In this document: one piece after another, positions 1 through 9,752 of the stretch
How the letters are laid out: every line of letters starts with the position of its first letter
How positions within the stretch are numbered: position 1 is the first letter of the stretch
DNA from: Deferribacterales bacterium
GTDB lineage: Bacteria > Chrysiogenota > Deferribacteres > Deferribacterales > Geovibrionaceae
Direction: 5' to 3'
NCBI GenBank assembly: GCA_050251945.1
Contig: JBFWLW010000002.1
Coordinates: 160,001 to 224,000, forward strand
DNA: 64,000 nt
Made by a program: the position numbers and the translations under genes
Notes under the pieces: generated by a model
Seen by the model: the letters and a program-made list of their open reading frames with translations, nothing else
What the model was told of the DNA's origin: nothing
Database searches by the model: none

Positions 1-894
1 CTTCTTGGAACGGATATAGAGACACTTCGCGAACTTAACCCTGAACTAATGACCCCCATGACGCCACCCGTCAGCGAATATGTTCTGCGGGTTCCTTACG
101 GCAAAAGACTTGAACTTGAAACCAAACTTGAACACGTGACAGACGAGGAACTTGCGCAGTTTTACGTCGTTAAGGCGAAGGCGGGCGAAAGCCTTGACAC
201 CATCGCTTCCGAATACGGACTTAATTCGGCAGAGCTTAAAAAAGCCAACGGATTCACCCTTAACCGTGTGATGAAAGATACATATGTTTTTGTCCCCATC
301 CCCGACGTTTACGATGAGGAGCTTAACTCCGACTTTGCTGGAGAGCTTAAAAGATACAACCCGAAAATCCACATAGTGCGCAAAGGCGAAACTTTTTACG
401 GCATAGCGGCAAGATACGGTCTCTCTGCTGACGAACTTTCAGCCATGAACAACGATATGTCCCCCAAACGCCTGCGCCGCGGACAGTCTCTGGTCATTTC
501 AGACACCTACTACAACGACAAAGATAAACGCATAGCAATTACAAAACCCCTTAAATCACAATCAGAAAGAGCAAACACCTCTGTAAGTTATAAAGTGAAA
601 TCAGGCGACAACCTGTTCCGCATCGCTAAAAAATTCGGAACCACCGTTGCAGATATCAGAGATGCAAACGGCATCAGAGGCAACAATATAATGGTCGGTC
701 AAACCCTTTCCGTCCCTTCGACATCAGGCAAGGCAAGACAGGCATCTGTTTCAAAAGCTACAAAATACAAAGTTAAAAGCGGCGACAACCTCTGGGCTAT
801 CGCAAAGAAATTCGGCACAACTGTTGACGATATCAAAAGAATTAACGGTGTGGGCAAAGGCATCCGCCCCGGTATGGTACTGAGAATAGACTGA
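1..894 (+). CDS. mltD: LysM-repeat lytic murein transglycosylase (MltD-like), 3' part; gene starts upstream of the window
   Basis: Frame open from base 1 (LLGTDIETLRELNPEL...); four LysM repeats (e.g. YKVKSGDNLWAIAKKFGTTV). Confidence 0.75.
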   Translation, partial: LLGTDIETLRELNPELMTPMTPPVSEYVLRVPYGKRLELETKLEHVTDEELAQFYVVKAKAGESLDTIASEYGLNSAELKKANGFTLNRVMKDTYVFVPIPDVYDEELNSDFAGELKRYNPKIHIVRKGETFYGIAARYGLSADELSAMNNDMSPKRLRRGQSLVISDTYYNDKDKRIAITKPLKSQSERANTSVSYKVKSGDNLFRIAKKFGTTVADIRDANGIRGNNIMVGQTLSVPSTSGKARQASVSKATKYKVKSGDNLWAIAKKFGTTVDDIKRINGVGKGIRPGMVLRID

Positions 895-899
895 TTATA

Positions 900-1030
900 C
901 GCATGAATTCCTCCATCCATGGAGAATTCATGAAACGCTCTTGTCGGCAAAGCCTCCCGACGCTCACGTTCCAATCGTTCAGCAAACAAGTCTGCTGAAC
1001 TCATTTCACGAGGTTCCATCCTGAAACCTC
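900..1030 (+). repeat. Structured intergenic repeat, CATCC-loop family, copy 1
   Basis: Hairpin catgaattcctccatccatggagaattcatg, then gtcggcaaagcctccc, gctcacg and hairpin gaggttccatcctgaaacctc; homologous to 42349-42441 and 29338-29466. Confidence 0.7.
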
Positions 1031-1046
1031 AGACAACATAATATAC

Positions 1047-1080
1047 AAAGCCGCGTTCCGAAAGGTTCGCGGCTTTTTTT
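1047..1080 (+). terminator. Rho-independent terminator (probably bidirectional)
   Basis: aaagccgcg...cgcggcttt stem followed by a T-run. Confidence 0.75.
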
Positions 1081-1082
1081 AT

Positions 1083-1114
1083 AGATTGCTTCACCCTGCG
1101 GGTTCGCAATGACG
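1083..1114. repeat. REP-like palindromic unit (agattgcttc...cgcaatgac family), single half
   Basis: agattgcttcaccctgcgggttcgcaatgacg; homologous units recur across the window. Confidence 0.7.
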
Positions 1115-1122
1115 TTTCTTTA

Positions 1123-1442
1123 TTTGGTGATTAGAAACGAGCAGTTCAAGGCGAAAGGCAAAAAATATGCGCGGTGTTAGAAAATCCAGTTAAATTGACA
1201 GTTAGATGCAAGCAGTACAAGGAAGATGCGATGAGAGGGCTGCGAGCATACATACGAAGTATGTGAGCAGTTCCGAAGAGAAGCTGACGCAGTAATGCCG
1301 AACTACGGATAGACAGAATTTGGTGTTTAGAACCAAGCAATTCAAGGCGAAGGATAAAAAATATGCGCAGTGTACGAATGTTGTACATGAGCAATATTTT
1401 TAAGACTTCAACGAAGAAATGCGCTGTGTTATAAACGCCAAA
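1123..1442. repeat. Cluster of three related palindromic elements (ttcaaggcg...tatgcg family)
   Basis: 1123-1189 short copy, ~1195-1316 divergent relative, 1319-1442 long copy with terminal IRs tttggtgtttagaac / gttataaacgccaaa; homologous to 62441-62503. Confidence 0.65.
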
Positions 1443-1445
1443 CAG

Positions 1446-2222
1446 TCAGACTCGTTTGTCGCGGGTGATGATGGCATACGCCGAATGATTATGTATACTC
1501 TCCATATTCTCGCTTGAAACCTCAAACCACACGACACGGTCTTCCGCCATCAGCTTCGTTGCGGCGTTTCGCACCACGTCCTCTACAAACGTCGGGTTTT
1601 CGTAAGACATTTCTGTGACGTATTTCTCATCCTCCCGCTTAAGGAGGGGAAACACGGGGGAGGATGCCGAAGACTCGGCTATCTCTATTATCTCTTCAAT
1701 CCACATGAGTTTTTTCATGCGGACGGATATTGTTATGTAACCGCGCTGATTGTGCGCACCGTATTTACTTATCTCTTTTGAACAGGGGCAAAGGGTCATT
1801 ACAGGAACTCGCACTGAAATCAGAGCGTCGCGACCTTCGGGACCTGACGAACCGAAGTATTCGCAGTAATAGTCCATCATGGCTTCCTGTCTGGAAACAG
1901 GAGCCTTTTTCATCAGAAAATAGCTGAATGAAAGCTCGATGAAAGCCTCTTCGCTGTCCAGCCGCTCTTTCATTTCGTCCAGAATATGCCCGACGGAATA
2001 AAGGTTTATGTCGTCCGAATGGCGGCTTAATATCTCCACGAATCTGGACATATGAGTGCCTTTGAAGTTGTGCGGAAGGCGCACATACATATTGATACGG
2101 GCAACTGTACTCTGTTTGCCCTTGTCGCGGTCGGAGAGAACGACGGGATACCTGATATCCTTGATGCCGACCCTGTCCACATCAAGGTTTCTGTGATCCC
2201 TCTGGCTTTGAATATCTTTCAA
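1446..2222 (-). CDS. folE2: GTP cyclohydrolase IB
   Basis: KGTHMSRF, TLCPCSKEIS, GAHNQR and ESIHNH motifs. Confidence 0.95.
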   Translation of the reverse strand: MKDIQSQRDHRNLDVDRVGIKDIRYPVVLSDRDKGKQSTVARINMYVRLPHNFKGTHMSRFVEILSRHSDDINLYSVGHILDEMKERLDSEEAFIELSFSYFLMKKAPVSRQEAMMDYYCEYFGSSGPEGRDALISVRVPVMTLCPCSKEISKYGAHNQRGYITISVRMKKLMWIEEIIEIAESSASSPVFPLLKREDEKYVTEMSYENPTFVEDVVRNAATKLMAEDRVVWFEVSSENMESIHNHSAYAIITRDKRV

Positions 2223-2224
2223 TA

Positions 2225-2950
2225 TTACCTTCTCTTGCCCATACGCTGGTTGGCAAGGAACTGCTGATAAGGTTTTGCGCCCTGAGGCATTTTAGCGCCG
2301 AGGTGCATCTGGAGCCACAGGTTGCCGTAGTTCTGCATTTTCAGTTTTTTACCGTTCTTGACGGCTTCCATAGCTGACTGCAGTCTGTCGTCCAAAGGGT
2401 TCTTGTCCGCACCTTTGGAAAGGATTACCACTGCCTTGTCGTTGTCGCCCTTTTCCATAAGGAAGTGAGCGTAAAGGCTGTATAAAAAGCCCTGTTTGGG
2501 AGAGCCTTTGATAGCTTTGTCCATTATCTTGCAACAGTCTTCAAATCTGCCCTGTTTGAATCTGAGGGCGGCAAGCATGCCCATTGACATCCAGTTTTTT
2601 GTAAAACCGTTGTTCAGATAGGGTTCGGCTTCGTCAAATTTCTGATTTGTATAAAGGATGATACCTATCTGAGCATCTATCTGCTCTTTAACGAAAAACT
2701 GCCATTTGCCGAAGGGATAAGCTTCTTTAAGTCTTTCAATAGCCTTCTCCGCGCGTCCCGCAGTGAGGTCTTTTTCGACCAGCTTAAAATGGTCTGTGAG
2801 CTTGTTCATGAATTTTTTGCCCACAAAGAAGTTGATACCCAAGACGCACACAACAAACAGGAATATCGGCCAGAAAATGCTGTATGTCAGAAAGTAGAGT
2901 ATGAGTGAGATAACTGTTGATATTGCAACCGAAACTGCCAGTGTGTACAT
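2225..2950 (-). CDS. Membrane-anchored TPR-like protein
   Basis: Two N-terminal hydrophobic helices followed by TPR-like helical repeats; ATG at 2950 preceded by GGAGA. Confidence 0.6.
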   Translation of the reverse strand: MYTLAVSVAISTVISLILYFLTYSIFWPIFLFVVCVLGINFFVGKKFMNKLTDHFKLVEKDLTAGRAEKAIERLKEAYPFGKWQFFVKEQIDAQIGIILYTNQKFDEAEPYLNNGFTKNWMSMGMLAALRFKQGRFEDCCKIMDKAIKGSPKQGFLYSLYAHFLMEKGDNDKAVVILSKGADKNPLDDRLQSAMEAVKNGKKLKMQNYGNLWLQMHLGAKMPQGAKPYQQFLANQRMGKRR

Positions 2951-3023
2951 ATTGAGATTCTCCAATTTTATAAAAGGTGTTGGATTATATCATCAAGACC
3001 CGAATTTTCAAGCACAAATGCCG

Positions 3024-3356
3024 TTATACTCCGAACGCATTCTTAATATGTGTGATTTCACCATTGTCTATGGAGATCACGTCAAATCTTGCAGGCGCCG
3101 GTTTTTTGTCCGCCATATAAGTCTGCGCCGTGAGCAAAAGCTTTTCCTGCTTCTTTTTGGTCACGGATTCAAAGCCCATGCCGTATCTACCGCCGCTTCT
3201 GGTTTTCACTTCCACAAAGACAAGAACGCCTTCCTTAGCGGCAACAATGTCTATCTCGCCGAATTTACAGCGGTAATTCTTCTCAAGAACGTCATACCCC
3301 TGAGCCAGCAGATATTTTTCGGCTTTTTTCTCGCCGCTCTGCCCAAGCCCGAGCAT
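3024..3356 (-). CDS. yraN: YraN family putative endonuclease
   Basis: GEIDIVA...FVEVKTR motif; adjacent to rnhB. Confidence 0.9.
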   Translation of the reverse strand: MLGLGQSGEKKAEKYLLAQGYDVLEKNYRCKFGEIDIVAAKEGVLVFVEVKTRSGGRYGMGFESVTKKKQEKLLLTAQTYMADKKPAPARFDVISIDNGEITHIKNAFGV

Positions 3357-3907
3357 CAGATAAAATTCCCGCAGAAGCTGACCCTGTGCAGAGGCGTCAG
3401 TCCTAATTTCCGGATGGCATCAGTGTGCTTTTTCGTACCGTATCCCTTGTTTGAATACCAGTCATAGTCCGGATATTCGATGTGCATCTTTGTCATAAGG
3501 GCATCGCGAAACACCTTGGCAACGATTGATGCCGCAGCGACACACTGAAACTTGTCCTCAGCTTTGAACGGGTGTTCCATCGGAACTTTCAAATCACCCA
3601 GGTTTACAGCATCCACAATCACCTTATGGTATTCAACTGTTATCTGACCCAGAGCGTCCATCATGGCGCGCTTTGTAGAGTTTAATATATTTATCTCGTC
3701 TATGGTGGAGTTGTCCACCAGACCGATACCTATAGCCACCGCGTTCGCACGGATAACACCGTCCAGAAGTCTTCGCTGTTTCTCCGGTATCTTCTTTGAA
3801 TCAATCAACCGTTCGTCCGAAAAATTTTCGGGCAGTATCACGCAGGCGGCAACCACAGGTCCCGCCAGACAGCCCCTGCCCACTTCGTCTATGCCGACAG
3901 TCAGCAT
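3356..3907 (-). CDS. rnhB: Ribonuclease HII
   Basis: GIDEVGRGCLAGPV, DSKK, AAASIVAKV and KGYGT motifs. Confidence 0.95.
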   Translation of the reverse strand: MLTVGIDEVGRGCLAGPVVAACVILPENFSDERLIDSKKIPEKQRRLLDGVIRANAVAIGIGLVDNSTIDEINILNSTKRAMMDALGQITVEYHKVIVDAVNLGDLKVPMEHPFKAEDKFQCVAAASIVAKVFRDALMTKMHIEYPDYDWYSNKGYGTKKHTDAIRKLGLTPLHRVSFCGNFI

Positions 3908-3908
3908 A

Positions 3909-4559
3909 TCAGCCTTTCTTAGCAATGATCATTCTTTCAATATAATCAGCCACCTTATCAAGCCCCTCGCCGGTTCTGCATGAGGTGGTGAAGAACTCAA
4001 GCTCCGGCTGTATGCCCTTTGCATATGCAATGCATTTCTCAATGCTGAAATCCACATAGGGGAGCAGGTCTATCTTGTTGATGATATACGCAGAACCTGC
4101 GCGCGTCATAACAGGATACTTAACCGGCTTATCGTCACCTTCAGTAACAGAGAGCAGAACAACTTTGGCGTCTTCACCGAGGTCATATTCCGCAGGACAG
4201 ACAAGGTTTCCAACGTTTTCTATTATAAGCAGGTCAAGGTCGTAGCCCAGCTTTTCAAGCGCCCTTTCGATGTCGATTGCCTCAAGGTGGCATGCGTTTC
4301 CGGTGTTCACCTGAAATGCCTGAACGCCTGTGGCGTTTATTCTGTCCGCGTCGTGGGTTGTCTGCTGGTCGCCCTCAACAACGGCTATTTTGTATTTATC
4401 TTTAAGCATCACCAGAACTTTTTCAAGAGTGGAGGTTTTTCCGCTCCCGGGGGATGAAACGAAGTTAAGAACAGCAACGTTCTTAAGTTTTTCACGCATC
4501 TGTGCCGCTTTCATTTCGTTCTTGGTGAGTATCTTTTCCTGAATATTGACCGTTTTCAT
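3909..4559 (-). CDS. hypB: Hydrogenase nickel incorporation GTPase HypB
   Basis: SSPGSGKT, CHLEA, ENVGNLVCP and NKIDL motifs. Confidence 0.95.
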   Translation of the reverse strand: MKTVNIQEKILTKNEMKAAQMREKLKNVAVLNFVSSPGSGKTSTLEKVLVMLKDKYKIAVVEGDQQTTHDADRINATGVQAFQVNTGNACHLEAIDIERALEKLGYDLDLLIIENVGNLVCPAEYDLGEDAKVVLLSVTEGDDKPVKYPVMTRAGSAYIINKIDLLPYVDFSIEKCIAYAKGIQPELEFFTTSCRTGEGLDKVADYIERMIIAKKG

Positions 4560-4903
4560 TAATCCACCTCAATTTCTGAAACTGTAAGTTCTTCGCCTGT
4601 AATGAGTTCAACCTCATAAGACCCGCATTTTGAGCAGGCAAAGAACATCTCGTCGTACGTATCCGTGGCTCCGCATTTATTGCATTTACCCGTCACAGGC
4701 ACGCTGTCGATTATCAGCACGGATTCCGCTATCAGCGGGTATTCCTCTTTGATGGCATCGAAAGCAAATTTAAGAGCCTCGCCGTCAACGGCGGAAAGTC
4801 TGCCTATCTTTGCGGTCACGCTGCGGACAACCTTTGCACCGTTGGCGTTTGCGGTGTCCAGCACAATCTCGATAAGGCTGCTTGCTATCCCAAGTTCGTG
4901 CAT
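4559..4903 (-). CDS. hypA: Hydrogenase maturation nickel chaperone HypA
   Basis: N-terminal MHE and two CxxC zinc motifs. Confidence 0.95.
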   Translation of the reverse strand: MHELGIASSLIEIVLDTANANGAKVVRSVTAKIGRLSAVDGEALKFAFDAIKEEYPLIAESVLIIDSVPVTGKCNKCGATDTYDEMFFACSKCGSYEVELITGEELTVSEIEVD

Positions 4904-5529
4904 ACCCTCTCCCGTCTGCTTTTTGTGCATTTTCCAATAAGTTTTATGAGTTCAATCACCCGCCTGACCTCGCGTTCCAGCCTGTCTGCGTCTGCGGAAT
5001 TATCTATAATAAAGTTTGCGTATTTCAGTTTTTCCTCTATGGGCATCTGTGCGTCAATTATCTTCTTCGCCTGTTCCTGAGTGATGCTGTCGCGCTTCAT
5101 CACCCGCAGGAGCTGAATTTTCGGGTCGGTGTAAACCACCACAAGCCAGTCGAACCGTTTATAACTGCCGGATTCAACCGTCAGCGCCGCCTGAGTGATG
5201 ATGATCGCCTTGTCGTCCTTGCCTTTTATCCTGCCCACTGCCCTTGTTTCATATTCCAGAATAGCGGGATGGACTATGCCTTCGAGTATTTTGCGTTTTT
5301 CGGGGTCATTGAACACAATATTGCGTATCTTCGCTCTGTCAAGTGTCTCGTCTGCGCGCACAACATCGCGCCCGAACGCTTCCACCACGCCGAGATACGC
5401 TTTTTCACCCGGACTCATAACGATACGGCTTATCTCGTCCGTGTCGATACAGTAGCAGCCGTGTTTTTCAAAGAACATCGCCGCAGTGCTTTTTCCGCTG
5501 GCTATGTTGCCTGTGAGACCAAGATACAT
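4885..5529 (-). CDS. coaE: Dephospho-CoA kinase
   Basis: GLTGNIASGKST P-loop, IVHP motif. Confidence 0.95.
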   Translation of the reverse strand: MYLGLTGNIASGKSTAAMFFEKHGCYCIDTDEISRIVMSPGEKAYLGVVEAFGRDVVRADETLDRAKIRNIVFNDPEKRKILEGIVHPAILEYETRAVGRIKGKDDKAIIITQAALTVESGSYKRFDWLVVVYTDPKIQLLRVMKRDSITQEQAKKIIDAQMPIEEKLKYANFIIDNSADADRLEREVRRVIELIKLIGKCTKSRRERVCTNLG

Positions 5530-5769
5530 TTATACCCCGTAAATATTTCTGTAGACCGTGACCTTCTCTTCGTCTTTCAGAGTGCTGACAAGGACGCAAA
5601 GCTCGTCCGGCTTGTACCCTTTACAGCCCCACGGTCTCTTTTCGTATATAGTGCAGAGGTTTTCCGGTGAAAGATATCTGCACCGCTCCCCTGCTTTCTT
5701 GTCTATCTCTTTAATGTCAAATGCCGTGCAGCAGGTGCCGCACAAAAGGCAGTCTATCTTATTTTCCAT
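5530..5769 (-). CDS. YkgJ-type cysteine-cluster protein
   Basis: CxxCGxCC...C...CxIYEKRPxxC pattern. Confidence 0.8.
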   Translation of the reverse strand: MENKIDCLLCGTCCTAFDIKEIDKKAGERCRYLSPENLCTIYEKRPWGCKGYKPDELCVLVSTLKDEEKVTVYRNIYGV

Positions 5770-6523
5770 CTTTAACTATCGTGTTTGTCAGCCTGCCTAT
5801 GCCGTCTATCTCAACGTCAACCGTGTCGCCGACGTTAACACTTCCCACTCCGGCTGGTGTTCCTGTCGCTATGATATCACCCGGCAGCAGGGTCATTATC
5901 TCGCTCATGAACTCGATCAGAGACGGAACGTCGTTTATCATAAGGTCGGCAGTGCCGTCCTGCTTCAGTTCGCCGTTAACAAAGGTTTTTATGTGAGCTT
6001 TGCGCCAGTCAAAATCTGTCTCGATAACGGGACCGATGGGCGCAAAGGTATCGAATCCTTTGGCACGGGCAAATTTTCCGTCGATTTTCTGCAGATCCCT
6101 CGCGGTGTAGTCGTTTATGCAAGTATATCCGAAAATAAAGCTCTCCGCGTGTTCGCGTTTAACTTTTCTGCACTTCTGTCCTATCACCACCGCAAGCTCA
6201 CCCTCGTAATCCACATGCCGGCTGGTGCGCGGGAAAACGACTTCGCCGCCATGTCCTGTTACAGCGGTGGAAGGCTTTATGAATATCATAGGTACTTCGG
6301 GAACCTCGTTGCCCAGCTCCTTGGCATGTTCTGTGTAGTTGCGCGCAACGCAGACCAGCTTTGAAGGGTAAACAGGCGGAAGATACTGCGCTGTTTTCGC
6401 GTCGCGCACTCTGTCCGTCACTACATATTCGCCGAAAAACGAACCCTCTATCTCGCGGATAACGTCTCCGTCAACTATACCTTTCTTCTCTGCAAGTCCG
6501 TCCAGAAATCTGCAAAATTTCAT
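5759..6523 (-). CDS. Fumarylacetoacetate hydrolase family protein
   Basis: DYEGELAVVIG, NDYTARD, KGFDTF and GDIIATGTP motifs. Confidence 0.9.
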   Translation of the reverse strand: MKFCRFLDGLAEKKGIVDGDVIREIEGSFFGEYVVTDRVRDAKTAQYLPPVYPSKLVCVARNYTEHAKELGNEVPEVPMIFIKPSTAVTGHGGEVVFPRTSRHVDYEGELAVVIGQKCRKVKREHAESFIFGYTCINDYTARDLQKIDGKFARAKGFDTFAPIGPVIETDFDWRKAHIKTFVNGELKQDGTADLMINDVPSLIEFMSEIMTLLPGDIIATGTPAGVGSVNVGDTVDVEIDGIGRLTNTIVKDGK

Positions 6524-6539
6524 TTAACACCTATAGATG

Positions 6540-6609
6540 AGACTGCCGCGTCAGCATACTGCTTCCTCGCAGTGACGTCATTGCGAGGAACAACGTGACG
6601 ACGCAATCT
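6540..6609. repeat. REP-like inverted doublet
   Basis: agactgccgcg...cctcgcagtgac followed by gtcattgcgagg...gcaatct. Confidence 0.7.
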
Positions 6610-7747
6610 AATTTAAATATTTATCTTTAATATATTTTTCTGCACATTCAATGGTCATAAGCTCGCGGGAGGCAAGCTTCGGGCGCACATCTGCGATTAT
6701 TTCTCCCATGATCTTTCCCGCCGCAATCCCCATAGCCATCAGCAGTCCGCCGTTTATCTTCATGGGCGTTTCAAAGTCCACATAGCCCATCTCTATCATA
6801 ACACGGTGAACGTAGGTTTCAATATTCCAGACCTCCACACCGTTGCGCGCGGCAAGAAGACCGTATATCTGCAGCGCGTCCCGAACCTCGTCGGGATATT
6901 CGTATATCAGCCTGCGCAGAACGAACGTGTCGCCTGTTGTGCTGTTTTCAGCCAGTTTTCCTGCAAGTTCCGCAGTGCGCAGAACGTTTTTAAGGGCGCG
7001 TGTCGAAAGCCCCAATCCATTCACAAAGCCTCTGACTGCGGGCTGATCAGCCACCATAGCCGCGAAAAAGAACTCCGCACCCTGTGAAAGCTTCGCCGCC
7101 TCAACCGTCATGGCTGTCAGTCTGATCCCTTTAAAAATCTCTGAAAAAAGCCCGCACTCGTTCATAGCGGCAATGGCAATTCCTGCATACTGACCGCAAA
7201 GAAGCTTTGAAAGCTCCTGCAATATCCTTTCGGATGCAGGACGTTCTATCATGGATTTTTCAGCGGCTGCTTTGCTCATGGTCTCGTCAGCAATGACAAA
7301 GCCCAGCTGAGCCTGAAAACGGAATGCCCTGAGCATGCGCAACGGGTCGTCGGAAAAAGTACGCTCCGAGACGTGACGTATCACCCCCGCATAAACGTCC
7401 GCAGGGTCGCCTATAATATTCCCCTCAAAATCCATCGCAAGATTATTGACTGTGAAGTCCCGCATCAGCAGGTCTTCCTCTATGGTTTCGCCTCTCGGCT
7501 TTGAAATGTCAAACTCTGTATTCGGACATACAAGACGGATATTGTCTTTAAACTCCACCCATGCGGAGGGCAAAAGAACACGGATTGCTGATGCAAAGTC
7601 TTTGTAGTCATGCGAAAAGCACACCAGATCGACATCGGCAACCGGTCTTTGCAAAAGGACATCGCGGACACATCCGCCAACCAGATATGCCCTGAATCCG
7701 CCCTCGTTCACCAATGCCCTAAGCTCAGAAAAGAAAGGTATGCTCAT
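6608..7747 (-). CDS. Class II tRNA nucleotidyltransferase (probably CC-adding)
   Basis: VGGCVRD, DVD, RDFTVN and DDPLRMLR motifs; flexible loop before IEEDL is very short. Confidence 0.8.
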   Translation of the reverse strand: MSIPFFSELRALVNEGGFRAYLVGGCVRDVLLQRPVADVDLVCFSHDYKDFASAIRVLLPSAWVEFKDNIRLVCPNTEFDISKPRGETIEEDLLMRDFTVNNLAMDFEGNIIGDPADVYAGVIRHVSERTFSDDPLRMLRAFRFQAQLGFVIADETMSKAAAEKSMIERPASERILQELSKLLCGQYAGIAIAAMNECGLFSEIFKGIRLTAMTVEAAKLSQGAEFFFAAMVADQPAVRGFVNGLGLSTRALKNVLRTAELAGKLAENSTTGDTFVLRRLIYEYPDEVRDALQIYGLLAARNGVEVWNIETYVHRVMIEMGYVDFETPMKINGGLLMAMGIAAGKIMGEIIADVRPKLASRELMTIECAEKYIKDKYLN

Positions 7748-7838
7748 CCCTTATCCCAAAATAATATATAAATACTTAAGCGGTATCATAAATCTTTTAT
7801 GTGTTGACAACAACATTTTTCAAAGAGATATTTACCAA

Positions 7839-8321
7839 ATGAAGATACTTATCATATCAGATACGCACACCGATTCAATAGCAAAACTTCCTCAGGTCGT
7901 GCTTGAGGAGGCAAAACAGTGCGACGCAGTCATCCATGCGGGCGACATAGTAAGTCTTCAGCTTATAAACGAACTTATGACCGCCTGTCCGCTGGTATAC
8001 GCCGTTAAGGGGAATATGGATCCTTATTACAACGACGAACGCCTGCCGGAAAAAAGACTACTTGAATTTGACGGCGTAAAAATAGGAGTATCCCACGGTT
8101 CCGGCAACCCTGCCGGCATTGAGAACAGGCTCCTGTACACTTTCCCGGATGCTGACATAATAGTGTTCGGACACACCCACAAGCCATTCTGGGGCGAGAT
8201 AGGCGGTGTCTGGTTTCTGAATCCCGGAAGCCCCACGAACAAGAGAACTGAACCCTTTCACACCTACGGGGTTCTTACTATAGACAACGGCGGATTCAGC
8301 GCCGAAATAAAAAGGATCTAA
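7839..8321 (+). CDS. Metallophosphoesterase (YfcE/MJ0936 family)
   Basis: SDTH, HAGD, GNMD, GHTH and NPGS motifs. Confidence 0.9.
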   Translation: MKILIISDTHTDSIAKLPQVVLEEAKQCDAVIHAGDIVSLQLINELMTACPLVYAVKGNMDPYYNDERLPEKRLLEFDGVKIGVSHGSGNPAGIENRLLYTFPDADIIVFGHTHKPFWGEIGGVWFLNPGSPTNKRTEPFHTYGVLTIDNGGFSAEIKRI

Positions 8322-8323
8322 TT

Positions 8324-9676
8324 ATGAAAATAGCTATAATCGGAGCCGGCAGCGCTGGCATGACCGCCGCATATAATTTTATGAAACATCCAGATATCCA
8401 TGCAGACATATTTGAAAAGGGCAGGGATATAGAACAGCGCAACAGAAACGAGGTGATGGAGGGATTCGGCGGCGCAGGAGCCTATTCCGACGGCAAGCTG
8501 ACTCTCACCACGGAATACGGCGGCTGGCTGACCGATTACATGCCTGAGGACGTTCTGGAAAAATATATCGGCGAAGCGGACGACATGTGGAAGACCATAA
8601 GCGGTGTGCTTGAAACCGACTCCGGCTTTGACTATGAAACAACGAAAGACCTGCAATACCAGTGCAGCAGGCACAAACTGAAACTGATCCCCGCGAAGAT
8701 ACGCCACCTCGGCACCGACAACTGCCTGCTGTTCATAAAGCGCATAAACGAGATGATAAAGCAGTCTGAGAACATCAACCTTTACTGCGACACGCCAGTT
8801 ACAGACCTTATAGTTGAAAACGGCGAAGTCAAGGGCATCGTAGCTGTCGAAAACGGTGCGGAAGTGCGCAAATATTACGACAAGGTTATCCTTGGCGTGG
8901 GGCGTTCGGGCAATGAATGGATGCAGGAAATAGTACGCAAACACGGAATAGAAAACGGCATCAACCCCGTTGACATAGGTATCAGGGTTGAGGTCCCGCG
9001 TTCAGTCACCGACAGATTCACCGATAACCTTTATGAGTTCAAAATAAAATACTATACCAGCGAGTTTGAGGACGAAGTACGCACCTTCTGCGTGAACCCC
9101 GGCGGATTCATCTCCGTTGAGAAAAACACCGGAGGACTGCTCACAGTCAACGGGCACAGCTATAAGAATAAAAAGAGCGACAACACCAACTTCGCCCTGC
9201 TTGTATCGACAAAATTCACCGAGCCTTTCGACGAGCCTATACAGTATGGAAGATACATAGCGAATCTTGCGAACCTTCTCAGCGGCAATAATGTCATAGT
9301 TCAGAGGTACGGCGATTTCATCCGCGGCAGACGCTCCACGGAAAGCCGCATACGCAAAAATTTCGTTGTGCCGACACTTAAAACGGCACTGCCCGGCGAC
9401 CTGTCGTTCGTTCTGCCGTACAGATATCTGCACAACCTGAAAGAGACCATCGAACAGCTCGACAAGGTTATGCCCGGAATGGCGGATCCGAATACGCTTA
9501 TGTACGGAGTTGAGGTAAAATTCTATTCCGTGCGCATCAAAGTTGATGCTAAAATGAAATGTCAGAGCCTTGCAAACCTCTATTGCACGGGGGACGGAGC
9601 CGGAATCACAAGAGGCATAATACAGGCTTCCGTTTCGGGGCTTATCGCGGCGAAAGATATAATAGAAAATAAATAA
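8324..9676 (+). CDS. NAD(P)/FAD-dependent oxidoreductase of unknown function
   Basis: IIGAGSAG, GGAGAYSDGKL and GDGAGITRG motifs. Confidence 0.85.
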   Translation: MKIAIIGAGSAGMTAAYNFMKHPDIHADIFEKGRDIEQRNRNEVMEGFGGAGAYSDGKLTLTTEYGGWLTDYMPEDVLEKYIGEADDMWKTISGVLETDSGFDYETTKDLQYQCSRHKLKLIPAKIRHLGTDNCLLFIKRINEMIKQSENINLYCDTPVTDLIVENGEVKGIVAVENGAEVRKYYDKVILGVGRSGNEWMQEIVRKHGIENGINPVDIGIRVEVPRSVTDRFTDNLYEFKIKYYTSEFEDEVRTFCVNPGGFISVEKNTGGLLTVNGHSYKNKKSDNTNFALLVSTKFTEPFDEPIQYGRYIANLANLLSGNNVIVQRYGDFIRGRRSTESRIRKNFVVPTLKTALPGDLSFVLPYRYLHNLKETIEQLDKVMPGMADPNTLMYGVEVKFYSVRIKVDAKMKCQSLANLYCTGDGAGITRGIIQASVSGLIAAKDIIENK

Positions 9677-9679
9677 CAC

Positions 9680-9741
9680 AGATTGCTTCGCTTCGCTCGC
9701 AAAGACGTCTCTGCGGGGTGGCAAAACCAACGAAGCAGTCT
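9680..9741. repeat. REP-like inverted doublet
   Basis: agattgcttcgcttcgctcgcaaagac followed by gtctctgcg...cgaagcagtct. Confidence 0.75.
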
Positions 9742-9752
9742 CTAATGGAGAT

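Noticed and set aside
895..1445. Possible CRISPR array in the repeat-dense intergenic regions
   Set aside because: No identical repeats with regular unique spacers and no cas genes; these are palindromic elements of several families.
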